Below are positions 38,170 to 52,393 of a DNA stretch of 64,000 nt, in pieces. The position numbers and the translations under genes are program-made. The notes beneath the pieces were generated by a model. The model saw only the letters and a program-made list of their open reading frames with translations. It had not been told where the DNA came from and did no database searches. Origin of the DNA: the human T2T-CHM13v2.0 reference genome, Homo sapiens; the NCBI RefSeq assembly GCF_009914755.1, contig NC_060935.1; one strand, given 5' to 3'. The number at the start of each line of letters is the position of its first letter. Positions within the stretch are counted from its first letter, which is position 1.

Positions 38170-40947
38170 AGAACAACACAAACTAGAGAACCTAAACGAA
38201 ATGGACTAATTCCTGGAAACATACAACCTCTCAATATTGAGCCAGGAAGAAATTGAAATTTTAAGCAGACCAATAACAAGTTCCAAAATTGAATCACTAA
38301 TAAAAAAACCTACCGACCAGTAAAAGCCCTGGACCAGATAAACAGCCAAATTCTACAAAGAAGTATAAAAAAAGAGCTAGTACTCATCCTACTAAAATGA
38401 TTCCAAAAAGTTGAGGAGGAGGGACTAATCCCTAACTCATTCTGTGAGGCCAGATTTGTTCTGATACCAAAACCTGGGAGAGACACAAGGAAAAAAGAAA
38501 TCTTTAGGCCAATATCTCTGATGAACATAGAGTCAAAAATCCTCAACAAAATACTACAAGCAAAATCCAGCAGCACATCAAAAAGCTAATCCACCAAGAT
38601 CAAGTAGGTTTTATTCCTGGGATGCAAGATTGGTTCAACATACATATAACAATAAATGTAATTCATCACATAGACAGACCTATAAACAAAACCACATGAT
38701 TATCTCAATAGGTACAGAAAAGCTTTTCGTAAAATTCAACATCCCTTCATGTTAAAAGTCCTCAACAAACTAGGCATTAAAGGCACATACCTCAAAATAA
38801 TAAAAGCTGCCTATTACAAACCTACACCCAATGTCACACTAAACGGGCAAAAAATGGAAGCATTCCCCTTGAGAACTGGAACAAGACAAGGATGCCCACT
38901 CTCACCACTCCTATTCAACAAAGTACTGGAAGTCCCAGCCAGAACAATCGACAATAAAAAGAAACAAGAAACAAAAGGGATCCAAATAAGAAGAGGGGAA
39001 GTCAAACTATCTCTCTTCACCCGCAATATGATTCTATACCTAGAAAACCCCATAGTCTCTGCTCAGAGGCTGTTAGAACTGCTAAACAACTGAAATAAAA
39101 TTTCAGAATACAAAATTAGTGTACAAAAATGAGTAGAATTTCTACACATCAACAACATCCAAGATGAGGGCCAAATAAAGAATGCAATTCCATTCACAAT
39201 AGCCACAAACAGAATAAAATACCTAATAATACAGCTAACAAGGGAGGTGAAAGGTCTCTACAATGAGAATTAAAAAACACTGCTCAAAGACATCAGAGAT
39301 GACACAAACAAATAATAAAACATTTCATGTTCATGGATAGAATCAGTGTTGTGAAATGGCCATATTTCCCAAAGCAATTTACAGATTCAATGTTATTCCT
39401 ATCAAATTACCAATGCCATTTTTCACATAATTAGAAAAAAAAATCTAAAATTTATATGGAACCCAAAAAGAGACTGAATAGCCAAACAAATAGCAAGCAA
39501 AAGAACAAAGTCATGGAGTCACACCAGATGACTTCAAACTATACTCCAAGTCTACAGAAACTAAAACAGCATGGTACTGGTACACAATTAGACACATAAA
39601 CCAATGGAACAGGTTAGAGAATTCAGAAATTAAGCTGCATGCCTACAACCATCTTATCTTTAACAAAGTTGACAATATGAGTAATTGGTAAAGGATGTCC
39701 TATTCAGTAAATGGTGCTGGGATAACTGGCTAGCCAATACAATCTTCTGTAACAGATGCAGAAGATTGCATATGGCTAGCCAGTTATCCCAGCACCATTT
39801 ACTGAATAGGACATCCTTTAAATATCAATTCAAGATTAATTAAAGTCTTAAATGTAAGACCTCAAACTATAAAAACTCAAGAAGAAAATCTAGGAAATAC
39901 TATTCTGGACCTAGGCCTTGGCAAAGATTTTATGATGAAGGATCCAAAAGCAATTGCAGCAAAAACAAAAATAGACATAACTATACTAAAATGTTTCTGC
40001 ACAGCAAGAAAAACTATTAACAGAGTAAGTAGACAAGCTACAGAATAGAAGAAAATATTTGCAAAATATGCATCCAAGAAAGGTCTACCAACCCCATTAA
40101 AAAGTAGGCAAAGAACATGAACAGATATTTCTCAAAAGAAGATATTCATGGGGCCATCAAGCATATTAAAAATGCTCATCACTAATCATTAGAGAAATAC
40201 TAATCAAAGCCACAATGAGATACTACCTCACATCAGTCTGAATAGTTATTTTTAAAAGGTCAAAAAGTAACATGCTGGTGAGGTTGTAGAGAAAAAAGGA
40301 TGGTTACACACTGCCAGTGAGAATGTAAATTAATCTAGCCAATGTAGAACACAGTTTGGAGATTTCTCAAAGAACTTGCAACAGAACTACCATTCGACCC
40401 AGCAAGCTCCTCACCGGATATACACCTAAAGGAATGTAAATTATTCTACCGAAAAAACACATACACTTCTGTGTTCATCACAATGCTATTCGCAATAGTG
40501 AAAACATGGAATCAACCTAGATGCTCATCAATGGTGGACTCCATAAAGAAAATGTAGTGCATGTACACCATGGAATACTATACAGCCATAAAAAGAAAGG
40601 GACCATATCCTTTGCAGCAACATGAATGCAGCTGGAGGCCATAATCCTAAGTGAATTAATGCAGGAACAGAAAACAAAATAACACATGTTCTCACTTGTA
40701 AGTGGAAGATAAACTTTGAGTACACATGGCCACAAAGAAGGGAACAACAGACACCAGCATTTACTTGAGGTCAGAGGGTGGGAAAAGGGTGAGGGTTGAA
40801 AAACTATTTATTGGGTATTACATTCACTATCTGTTTGATGAAATCATTTGTACATCAAATCCCAGCGATATGCAATTTCCCAGTTAAAAAACCTACACAT
40901 GTTCCACCTGAACCAAAAATAAAGTTTAAAAAAGAAAAAAAAAAAAG
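38170..40947 (+). mobile_element. 5'-truncated L1 (L1PA13-16/L1PB-like) ORF2 and 3'UTR
   Basis: RT remnant [16 protein letters not shown]...[19 protein letters not shown]; 3'UTR and A-tail at ~40927-40947. Confidence 0.92.
39689..39820. repeat. 132-bp inverted repeat (48-bp perfect arms)
   Basis: 39689-39736 is the exact reverse complement of 39773-39820; inner 10-bp stem 39740-39749/39759-39768. Confidence 0.97.
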
Positions 40948-41854
40948 AGAACATTGATCGATCCCCAAGGAAAAAAGAAAAATCTACAGTGTAGGAAAAT
41001 CTAACATAGATCTCTTTGTAACTGAAAAAACAAGGCAATAATTAAGTTTTAAAAATTCGACAAACATCATATTTACACAGAGAATGAATGTAAGAAACAG
41101 GGCTGCACCTTTATGGTCACTGCCTTCAGGAACATTCCTTTATCCTAAATTCTAATCATAGTTCTTAAAGCATGGAATAATCTTAATAATTTGCTAAAGA
41201 AACTAAAACACATTAGGAGATATTTTTACTATGAATATAAAAATACTGTTTAACTTCTGTTAAACTAAGTTGTTTGCCAAGTACTACATCAGGAATATAT
41301 TCACTTTTTTTGCCAAATATATTATACAATAAAAAATATATAAAAAATAAATAAAGCATAACTAAAAAATCCATGTAATCCATCACAGTTTCTTGAGGGA
41401 AGGTTCAATACAGTTGAATCACACTTCTTCTGCACTTCCATAATATTTCCCACCCTCCTTCCAGAGATAATCAATATCCTATACCTGGAGAGTATTATTT
41501 CTAATGTTTTTCTTTGTATTTTTACCAGTTCACTTTCCTCATTCTGACAACAACAATTTGACAGAATGAGATACATTAAATCTGTTGATCTCATCTTATT
41601 TCTGCTGTGCTCCATTTCTTCCATAGTTCATCTACGATCTTGCTTTCATTCTTTGCTTGCTATTCAACTATTTTATCTCATCTGGTCTCATCATATCTCA
41701 TCTCATCTTTGAATTTAAATGTACACTTGTCTATTCCTTCTTCCCTGCAAATGAATTTTACTGAAGAAAAATACACAAAAATGTTGATGAGACTGGTTTT
41801 AAATGTATGACAAATAACATCAAATGGGTCTTTTAGTGATGTTTTTTAATGAAA

Positions 41855-42340
41855 GCTAATGATAGCCAAAAAGTGGAAGCATTGTAAATGTCTTTCAACT
41901 GATGAATAAATGAATAAAATGTGGCATACCCATTTAATGGAATATTACTCAGCCTTAAAAAGAAATGCATTACTGATATATGGTACATGGATGAACATTT
42001 AAAATATTACATTAATATAAGAATTAACTGAAAAGAATTGAAAAAAAAAGTAAATACAAGAGTTCACATATGTAATGCTTTATTTATATAAAGCATCCAG
42101 ACAGAAAAATCCATTGAAACAGAAAAGAGATTAGCAGTTGCTAAGACTGGAGATGGGGGGAGCAGAAGTAATGGGATGTGACTACTAATGTATATAGATT
42201 TTTTTTTAGGATGACGAAAGTATTTTCAATTAGGTAGTGATGATGGTTGCACAGCCTTTATAATACACTAAAAATCATCAAATTGCATACTTTAAAATTG
42301 CAAATATTATGGCATGTGAATTCCATCTCAGTAAAAATAA
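41855..42340 (+). mobile_element. L1MB-type 3' end
   Basis: ATGGAATATTACTCAGCCTTAAAAAGAAATG...GTGATGATGGTTGCACAGC...TGAATTCCATCTCAGTAAA. Confidence 0.75.
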
Positions 42341-45030
42341 ACAATTGAATAAAGATCACCAAGGTATTCTGTTGTCTCAGCATGCTTCTGAGAATGTTAC
42401 ACACAGCTCTGCCCAAAGACACTGACCTAGCTCCAGCTAGAGGATCATCAGCCACACAGCTATCCCGGCACTCTGCTCCATTCATTTCCGTCTCTTTGCA
42501 CTTAATCCTGAAATCATTTTTCTCTGCATCTTAATTCTCAGAGTATGTACACCTTGGCCTACATGTTTAAGGTGTGTTTTAGCCTGGATCTGTGCTACAT
42601 GCTTGGTGAGCCTTTTCTCACATATTCCTCACAAGTCTCTGAGGCTCGTATTGTTAGCCCCATTGTAGAGAAGAGGAAATAACATGCCCAGGAGTATGTA
42701 GAATGTTAAAGGAAGGGTAATGGAGAAACTCAGACCTTTTTGATTCCTAGCTAGGATACCTATTTATCCATCTTTAACTTAAGGCAATCCCTTCGAGCCC
42801 TCAAACAATTTATTCTTGGAATAAATTTCTCTTTTTAAGATGTTCATTGCATCATAGTCAGGGCATATCAGTCTGACTCATATCTCAGCCCTCTAGCTGC
42901 TGTAGGTGGCTGTCCTTTATCTCGGATTCTGCATCCAATTAGCCAGAGCCCTCAATTGAAGAGCAATGGAGCAGACTCTCAGAAACTACGTGTACAACCT
43001 CATTTTGAGGCCAGGTCTTTTTTTATACCTTAAAAAAAGGTAATATGAACCCAGATCTTCAGCATGGAACAAATTTGACCTGTAAAGAAGACCAAAAAGC
43101 AACCAAGAAGTCAAACAGATCTGTGTGCTGACTGGGACCTAGCTGAAATCAGCTGGACCAGGTGCTGTACTCCATGTGGAAATTGCTTCAGCTGGGGTTT
43201 CTTTAGCAGAGAACACTGGACAGGGACAACATTGTTTCAGAAACTAGTAATATTATTATGCACTGTAATTGTTCTTTTTATTAATTACAGGTTTAAATGG
43301 CTTGAAATGCCAACCCACAGTCTAATTATGACACAAATTTTTCATTTAATTTTTTTCCATTAGATAATGTGCATTTTTAAGATCTTTGTTGTTTGTCTTC
43401 CCTCATACTCCAGAGAATGAAAAAAAAATATGTCTTTTAGGATATGTAATGTGTTTTTTTCTGATAGACCTATGTTGAAATTTTTATTTTCTGTTGATTT
43501 TTTTCCAATATGGGTGTTTTGTCTATTTTCATTTATATAATTTGGTGCATTTTTATACCAGATACTTTGAAATACAGTTTTTTCATTCACTCATGATTAA
43601 TCTGTAGTTATCATCATATTGTTTATTTTGGTTTCTTATTTAGGAGTATCACTTACTTATTATCTTCATTCTTTATCCTTCATGTATACTAACTTTTCTG
43701 AAAGAATTCATATATTTATGATTTTTTTTTCTTTTGGGAGAATGACTCCTCATTAATTATTCATTCTGCGTTATTAATGGCACAACCACTGAAATATTTA
43801 ATGCTCTAATCCAGAATTAAAATGGTTATTTCATTATTAAGTTTTGCTTATCTAATTCAACAATTTTTAATATGTCTGCCTATCAACTAACATGTTGTTT
43901 TATCTTTTGTCATGTATTTTTGATTCTTTCTAAATATAATGTTTACATAAACTTTATTAAAAAAATTATGACTCAAAGTCATTTCTACATTATTGACAAG
44001 ATTTTTCCCCAAAATTGTATGTATCTATGTCTGCCTCTTGAATGATATGATTTTTTACATCAGAACGTTTTACCATATTATTTCTTTCTTTGACCATGCA
44101 TCTTTTCAAAATTAGTGATTCAGATGACTCTGTCAACTTGATTCTTAAGGAAAAAAAAATTTGTTTGGTTCTAAGTCTTGACTAAAGTCCTTATTCAGGA
44201 GGTGGTTTCTTATATGCCAGTTCTGTGTTTAGCTAATATATTATTTCAGGTTTGCATAATGATTATTTCAAGTCTTCACCTTTCTTTTACCCTGATAATA
44301 TTGGAATAAAATCTCTAGCATGGTTTTCTGTATGGTAAGATTGCATATTACTTAGAGCCTCCAAATTTGTGGCTTTTGAATACCATTAATTGACACAAAG
44401 AAAATGTTTACTCTGTTCATTATTCAATGTCATTTTTACTTAGATTCTAAGAATTCTCAGGCATTGTCCACTGTTTTCCTGATAAAGGGTAAATAAGATA
44501 GTTTCTGTACTCAAGATGCTTTCAGTGGGTAACAGAATTTGTATGTTCAATTTTAGAACTTAAACTTCCAAATTTGAGTAAAACTCAAGTTAGGTAAAAA
44601 TCAATAAAATTGTGTGGTTCTAGAAGGATATTTGATATGTAAGCCCAGATCACTGATTTTATTTTCCTGAAAATGATATTTGTGAATATGTTTAATATTT
44701 TTCAATTTTTTTTGCATTCTCTCCTGTGTAAATTCCTTAGTGTTTATAGTCATTGGTTGCATTACATAAGTTTTATGTTGTAGATATCGGTATTACTGAT
44801 TTCATATTATTTTTATATTGATAAGTATTTCAGATAAAGTAAATAAGACACAGATAAATGATTCCAAATTTATCAAAATATAGATTCAAAGCAAATACTA
44901 AAAAGTGAGACATAGCTAGAATTACAGGTATGTGTTGAGCTAGTAGTTTGAGAATATTGATCTGTGACTTTCATTATATTTAGGTTTTTACTTAGAACCA
45001 ACCCTAAATCTCTATAGGAGTCACTAACGA

Positions 45031-45981
45031 TCAAGTTACTTTTTTGAAGAAAAACACTTTCACAATATGGTCACGAATTTGCTTGGTCTTCACTCCATAG
45101 ACAATAGGGTTGAGAAAAGGTGGGACTAACAGGTAAAGATTTGACAAGAGGATATGAATATATGGTGGTATGTGTGAACCAAACCTGTGTGTGAAGAAAG
45201 AGAAGAAGGCAAGAAGGTAGAACTGTAGGAAGACACAAATGTGGGCAATGCATGTATTAAAGGCCTTGAATCGTGCCTCCTTCTGGGGCAGCTGAAAGAC
45301 AGTGATAAAAATTTGGACATAGGACAAGGTTATAAATATTATGTCAAACCCTAGGATTGCAAAGGCAACGAATAGGCCATATATCTTGTTGACTCGGATA
45401 TCTTCAGTAGCCAGCTTCACGATGGCCATGTGCTCACAGTAAGAGTGAGAGATGACTGTAGTTCGATAGTGTTTCAGACAGCATTTGATGAGCCCTAAGG
45501 AAGGTATTATAAGAATGGCAGCCCTGAGTGTCACCCCAAGTCCAATATGAGTTAAGAACTGCTGGGAAAAGATGGTGGCATGTCTCAAGGGGATACAGAT
45601 GGCCACATAGCGATCCAGGGCCATTGCCAGAAGGATACCCGATTCAATTGCCTGGAATGAGTGAATAAGCCACATTTGAAAAAGACAGGCATCAAAAGAA
45701 ATCTCTGGCAAATGAAACCAGAAGATGCCTAACATTTTGGGAAGAATGCAGGTGTTAAGTGCAATGTCTGTGGCTGCCAACATGGCCAAAAAAATGTACA
45801 TGGGTATATGGAGGCTGTTTTCATATTTGATTATAACTAAAATTAGGGAATTTCCAATCACACCAATAAGATACATGGCAGAGAAAGGAATCCCAATCCA
45901 ACACTGCACTGACTCCAGACCAGGAATCCCAATTAGTATAAACGCAGAGGGCATGAAGACTGAGCCATTGAATGTCGGCAT
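45031..45981 (-). CDS. OR52A5: Olfactory receptor 52A5, intact class I OR, 316 aa
   Basis: Uninterrupted ORF with N-glycosylation site NGS, GN, LHIPMYIFL, MALDRYVAICIPLRH, HSYCEHM, KAFNTCIAH, PPFLNPIVYGVKTKQIR. Confidence 0.96.
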   Translation of the reverse strand: MPTFNGSVFMPSAFILIGIPGLESVQCWIGIPFSAMYLIGVIGNSLILVIIKYENSLHIPMYIFLAMLAATDIALNTCILPKMLGIFWFHLPEISFDACLFQMWLIHSFQAIESGILLAMALDRYVAICIPLRHATIFSQQFLTHIGLGVTLRAAILIIPSLGLIKCCLKHYRTTVISHSYCEHMAIVKLATEDIRVNKIYGLFVAFAILGFDIIFITLSYVQIFITVFQLPQKEARFKAFNTCIAHICVFLQFYLLAFFSFFTHRFGSHIPPYIHILLSNLYLLVPPFLNPIVYGVKTKQIRDHIVKVFFFKKVT

Positions 45982-46427
45982 GATTTGTTCATCAGAATCA
46001 AGTGGTAGATTTGCTGTTTCATCTTCTATTCTCTGTTGAGCCTTGATGAATTAAAAATTAAAAATATGTTAATTTATTTTAGGAAAATATACTGTAGTTA
46101 TTTTAGGAGTGTATCATGTTGTATTTTCTATTCTAACTAATCTTCTCTAATTTTCTGTCTCCTTTACCAAAGTCACTGAAAGACAAACATCAGGTTCTGT
46201 TTCTCCATGTCTTAATCATTTTCAATGGGCAAAATTAAATGGATTAGACGGCTTTTTTCTGGTTCATGACTATTGGATCAACAATATTTTATGTTTATTA
46301 CTCAGCATTATGTGCTTTTTCTTTGACTTACCAATTGAAATTGTAAAAAAAAAAATATTATTTAATGCAGAGCAAAGAATTTTAAAACTAGACTTCATCT
46401 ACATTAGCCATAAAGAAAGGATCCACA

Positions 46428-46760
<333 letters not shown>

Positions 46761-48209
46761 TCATAATCAGAAGACAAGTTTGACTGAAATGTTCTTTAGT
46801 TTTGAAATCCACTGGCTGTTTTTTTTTTTTTTTCCAGGTTAGGTTTTTTGTAGTCTTTTTCTCATATAGGCTCAAAATTCTTTCAACCTAATTTTTCAAA
46901 CTTTCAGTGTCTTCTCAAAACCCAATCATATATCTTATACATTGTCCTGTGCATTCTCTAACAAAATTAATTCCTTATTTTTGAATTCATGGGTCTTTTC
47001 TTCAGCACTTCCTATCAAAGCTTCTTCTCACCTACCATGCTCAGCCATGTGCACATCTCTTGTATTAATATCAAGTGCCAACATATACCCTCTAATTTTC
47101 ATTACCTAGAAATAGGCATTGTTACCTCCCTAAGCCTGAACCATCATCTCTTCTTAACAACTTGAAATTACATGAAACTCTCTAAGAAATATTATAATTT
47201 TTTTCTTTACATAAAACTTTATATATCTATACATCTTCTATCTACTCAAATACAATTATTTATATAAAGGTGAAGATTTTCTTTGGCACGTTATTTTGCA
47301 TAGGACTGTTTCGATACTCTTTTCTGTCTCTGCCCTTCACTGGTAACTCCAGCATGTAACACTCTAGGCTTCCAGAGCCTTCTATCTCTGTTACCAGGGG
47401 ACAAGTGTCAGTGTAGAGTGGCTTTGCCTTCTCATCATCCAAAGCTCAAGGGCTTTTTATTGTCTGAATTAATCTCTGCTTCAAGAAAATACTTGCATCA
47501 CAAAATATGTGAAATATTAAATAATTTACATATTACCTGTATTTTCTTTTAGTAATTGCAAAACTCACTCTCTGAAATAATTTAAGTAGACTGCAAAATA
47601 GATAAAGATAGTAGTGGGGGGCCAACAAGGAAAAATCTCACCAACCTGCCAGCCTCATCACCTTTCAATTGTCTATTTGTTTAATTTTTTCTTTTTCCCC
47701 GATATACTTACATTGTTTCTGGGAAGTGAAAGAGCATGTATAAGCTATCTCCAGCAATTACAGAAGCATCTCTTTCTTTCTTTCCATAAAACTTATCCAA
47801 AAAATAAATTAGAGGTTTATTATTTAATGATTTTAATTAACAAAGATTTATTAAGTATCCACTATGATCCAAATATTGTTTGAAGCAATTGAGAAACAAA
47901 GATAAATTTATTTATTCCATATTTATTAATTATCTACATTTTGCTGAATGTGTGGACTTCAAAAAGTAACATGTACCATTTATTAAATATGTGTTAAATA
48001 TCACTCAGTTAAAATCTTTAAACATTTTACATTGTTTTACCATTCTTAATTTATGAAATTAGCATTGATTATATTAATATATTAATATTAATATAGTTGA
48101 TTATATTAATGAAAGTCTAGAACTTGTTACAAGTAAATACAGTTGGATCAAAATTTTATGCTGTATTTACCCAGAAAGAACAAAATATGCAAATTTCTGT
48201 CCTCTGAGA

Positions 48210-48516
48210 TTTTTTAATTTTTATTTTTTTAACTTATTTTTGAGATTATCGCCCAGGCTGGAGTGCAGTGGCACGATCTCGGCTCACTGCAAGCTCCGCC
48301 TCCCGGGTTCACGCCATTCTCCTGCCTCAGCCTCCCCTCCTGAGTAGCTGGGACTACAGGCACCCGTCACCATGCCTGGCTAATTTTTTGTATTTTTAAT
48401 AGAGACGGGGTTTCACCATGTTAGCCAGGATGGTCTCAATCTCCTGACCTTGTGATCCTCCTGCCTCAGCCTCCCAAAGTGCTGGGATTACAGGCGGGAG
48501 CCACCAAGCCTGGTCA
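48210..48516 (-). mobile_element. AluY
   Basis: GCAAGCTCCGCCTCCCGGGTTCACGCCATTCTCC; TTAGCCAGGATGGTCTC. Confidence 0.9.
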
Positions 48517-48764
48517 AGATTTTATAAATATAATCCAATAAATAAGGATTACAAGATATATGTATCAGAGGGTAATTACATGAGGCTGGGTAATGTAAAA
48601 ATATACCAACTATTTTCATTACTGAGCTTGTTAAGATTCTGATGGACATTACTCCCCAATCACTTTAATTTATCACATAGGTATAGGACGCACAGTACAG
48701 AACACGTTTATTATATGCTACCTGTTTGATATATGTCCACTTCTTGAACAACATACCATCCAAA

Positions 48765-49312
48765 TGTAAATAAAAAATAAAAGTTTAAGTCCCTTCAACC
48801 ATTTGAATGGACTTTCTCCTGATCCAAGGCACTCTAAAATTTAACCTGAAAGGCTGGTTCAGGCCATGAAGGGAAGTGGGGGTGAGACATGCCCCATTAC
48901 ATCTCTCCAGCATTAACATCAACACAGACCTTAAGTCTAATAAGAAACATTTACAATCTGTTCTCTCTCAAGCCTGCTACCCAGAGGCTTCATCTGCATG
49001 ATAAAACTTTGATCTCCATAACCTCTTACTGCAACTCAGATATTCCTTTCTAATTGCCAGTTAGAAAAATTTTAAACCTACCTACAAACCTGGAAGCACC
49101 CCTGATTTCTGGACCTAACCAATGTATTTCTTAAATGTATTTTATTGAAGTCTCATGTCTCCCTAAAATGTATAAAACCAAGGTACACCCAGACTACCTT
49201 GGGCACATGTTCTCAGGACCTCCTGAGCACTGCGTCCCAGGCCATGGTCACTTATATTTGGCTCGGAATAAATATCTTCAAATATCTTACAGAGTTTGAC
49301 TCTTTGTTGACA
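48765..49312 (+). mobile_element. MER4-group (MER4B/D-like) solo LTR
   Basis: TGTAAATAAAAAATAAAAG start; CCCTAAAATGTATAAAACCAAG; CCTTGGGCACATGTTCTCAGGACCTCCTGAG; TTTGACTCTTTGTTGACA end. Confidence 0.8.
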
Positions 49313-49682
49313 TATATACTGGGCAATAATCTCCAATTTGGCTCAAAAATATTTATTATTGCCTTTATCAGAAATATTGCTCTGATTAATCTAACAGGGC
49401 CACATGAGTAATAGTTGAGCTGGAGACTCTTTGAAAGGTAACATACAAATTCAAACTTTGACAATGTATATACTGAGTAGTCAGAGAAAAGACAGCAAAA
49501 AGAGACGATGAAGCAAGTGAACAAAATAGCAAGTGAATAAAAAAGAAAAGCAAGCCTTCAATCAAAAAGCCCATAGACCATGTTGAGAAAATAATGACCT
49601 TTCTTCTGGATAGTTTTTCATTTCCATTTCTATTTCCACCTCCACTTCCACCTTCCATTAGGCCTAATTTGTTTTTCTAGGG

Positions 49683-49892
49683 CAGACTTTCTCAATCTCA
49701 GCACTGACATCTTAAGCCAAATAAATTATTTGTTGTGGGAGATGTCATCTGTTTGGTAAAAGGTTTAGCAGCATCTCTGGCTCCTATCCATTGAATGCCA
49801 GTAGCACTTCCTTGTAGCAACAATAAAAAATGCCTTCAAGCATTGCCAAATGTCCCTTGGATGCATGAAGAGGGACATATCTCTGGTTGCTA
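49683..49892. mobile_element. MER20 (hAT-Charlie)
   Basis: TTCTCAATCTCAGCACTGACAT...TTTAGCAGCATCTCTGGC...GCATTGCCAAATGTCCC. Confidence 0.75.
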
Positions 49893-50635
49893 GCAGTTAT
49901 AACCTAAGACTTCACATTAGAGGGGAAAATAAGCCCTTAATTAAATAAAGATTGATGAATTTATGTATGTTAAATCAAACTGGGCAGAATAAAACTGGGT
50001 ATTGAGGGAAATATTTTTTCAGTAGATATTGGCCAGATAAAGGAGATAGACAAGGGCATTCTTTAAAGACAAAATAGTTTGTATAAAATCACAGAAGTAT
50101 GAAACACATGCTGGAAATACATATCAATAAATATTTTACTACATAAATTCATTCATAAACAGAAATAATAGTTGGTTAAATGTAAAAGGGAAAGGATCAA
50201 ATGTAAAGTTACTATTTTAAGCCAAGTAATAAAAGTTTGTAAGTGATAGGCCAGACCTTTGGCCTTTTAAAAATTCTATCTGCTAGCAGGTTAGCAAATG
50301 ATTTTAAGGGAATGAGAGCAAGGGCATAGTAAGATCTTGTTAGAAAGGTATTTGTGATAGTCCAGATGGGATATTATAAAGTAATGTGACAATAGTGAAG
50401 GATTAACAACAAATCAAAATCTGTGAGGACTCACCAACATGATGTAAGGGTACATTGAGAGATGAGGCAAAACATGTTCTTGGACTGAGAATTACTGCAC
50501 TGGATAAGAAAAGGCAGCCTGGGGAACAACTTTGTTTGCACAAATATGCATATGTTTAAAGGAAGAAGAAAACTTCCCAAAGCCCTTGAAATTCCTGGGC
50601 CAAAGTCAACACGCTAGAAACTTACATCTTGCATG

Positions 50636-50959
50636 TGTGAATAAACCCTGAATAACTACCACTCCAGTTCTGATACAAGCTAATTCCAAGGATCTGAAAC
50701 TACTAAGTGATTTAGGAGTCTAAGTTTACACTCCCTCCTAGAGTTAATCCACACTATCTACAATATCAGAAATCTCATCCCTTTATATCATCTTTAAAGT
50801 TACCATTTGATCTCTGCCTGAAACCTTCCCATGACAGAAAACTCTCTCCCTCTCTCTCTTTTTTTTTTTTTCGGAGATAGTGTGCCACATCGCAGGACAG
50901 CTTCCAGTGTCAACGAGGTCTTCTTTATATAGAGCTCCAAACTGCCTCCCTCTTAATTT
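50636..50959. repeat. Dispersed direct duplication, copy 1 (probable donor)
   Basis: Aligns end to end with 55898-56219; about 10 differences by eye. Confidence 0.95.
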
Positions 50960-51039
50960 CTCATAAAGGTCTGAAATCTACATTTTAATAATAGACACCA
51001 GTCATAGATAATAGCAGTGAATTCTACAGAACCTGAAGC

Positions 51040-51205
51040 TGGTCAAAAGAGGTCAAATCCTAGACCTGCTATTGCTTGGCCTTGCATGCCCTTGAGCCAG
51101 TTGTGAAATTCTAACTACCTCAGTTTCCTCATTGGTAAAATAGAAAGAGACACATTACAGAGTGATTGTAAAAATTAATGACACAATCCATTTCAAATAT
51201 TGAGA
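51040..51205 (+). mobile_element. MIR remnant
   Basis: CCTCAGTTTCCTCATTGGTAAAATAG core. Confidence 0.55.
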
Positions 51206-52393
51206 AATAAACAAAAATGTGTTGATTGGCACCGGCTATTTTTCTGTAAGACTTTATCCTTCTCATCCCATAAAATAACTTCACATATTTGATGACACAG
51301 TGAGCAGTTCTCCTAAATCTTCCCCAGTCTAAGCACGTTCAATTTTCTTGGCTTTTAGCAAATAAGCTTTCCATTTGCTTATCAGCCCAGATAATCATTC
51401 TCTAGATGTCCTCCCATTATTAAATCTCACTTTAAAATATGTCACCCAGCATTTCATCGACTGATCATAAATATTCTGAAAAGCATGAGATACCATGAGA
51501 CATCATTTTAGAGTTTGAACACTCAACTATTTTAAGATTCTGTTGCATTTTTATCATCCTGGCATATTGAATCGCAGGAGACATATGTCCTCTTTAGAAT
51601 GAATTCTTCATTTTCCCAAATACCATGCAGAATCTCAAGCTCAAAGACTTACCAGGGATATCAATGGACTTATAAGTAGAAGCCATAGAGGAGAACTCTT
51701 TTTTGTTTATGTTTCAGGCAGTGAACCCTGAGCATTTTGTATTACAAAAGGCCCCTTTGGGATTGGGTCTCACAAATCTCTGGCCAGCCTGGAGGACCAC
51801 TTGGGACAAGAGTGAAACAAGAGGCGGAATATGGTTAAGAACTCAGAAGATTCATTAACTAATCGAGCTCTGTATCTAAAAATACAAAACAGAACCAAAA
51901 AGACTCAATCTCTTCAGGACTTGGAACCAAAATGAACTCCTTTTACAAATTCATAAGAGATGACAGTGTACCATGATGACAATGTCATCACAGCACTTAA
52001 TTATAAAAATAATGAGCCAATAAAGGGAAATTAAAACGTCTTGAAATATTCAGACTAATCAGTGTAGACAAATGCTGACAGATAATTAAAGGAATATTTT
52101 CGTAGTTTAATTCCAGTATGATAAGCAATTATTTCTCATTAGGTTCATGAAAGAGGCTGACTTTGAAAAGTGTACCTCAGGGCCCCAATCACAGCCACTC
52201 TCTGAGCTGCTTCTGCATGAACTTTGGTGACACAAATCTTTCTTATATACAAACCAGCTCTCCTCAAGTTGTCCCAGTCATGTCAGAATTCTGACACAAT
52301 GATATGTATTTTTCAAAAATGTTAGTGCAGTCATAATATCTATATCAACTTTGCGTTGGGGACTAGAATTTTTAACGTTTATTTCCTTAGTTG

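Noticed and set aside
38749-39093. 114-aa reverse-transcriptase-like ORF
   Set aside because: Remnant of L1 ORF2 in a 5'-truncated, mutated copy
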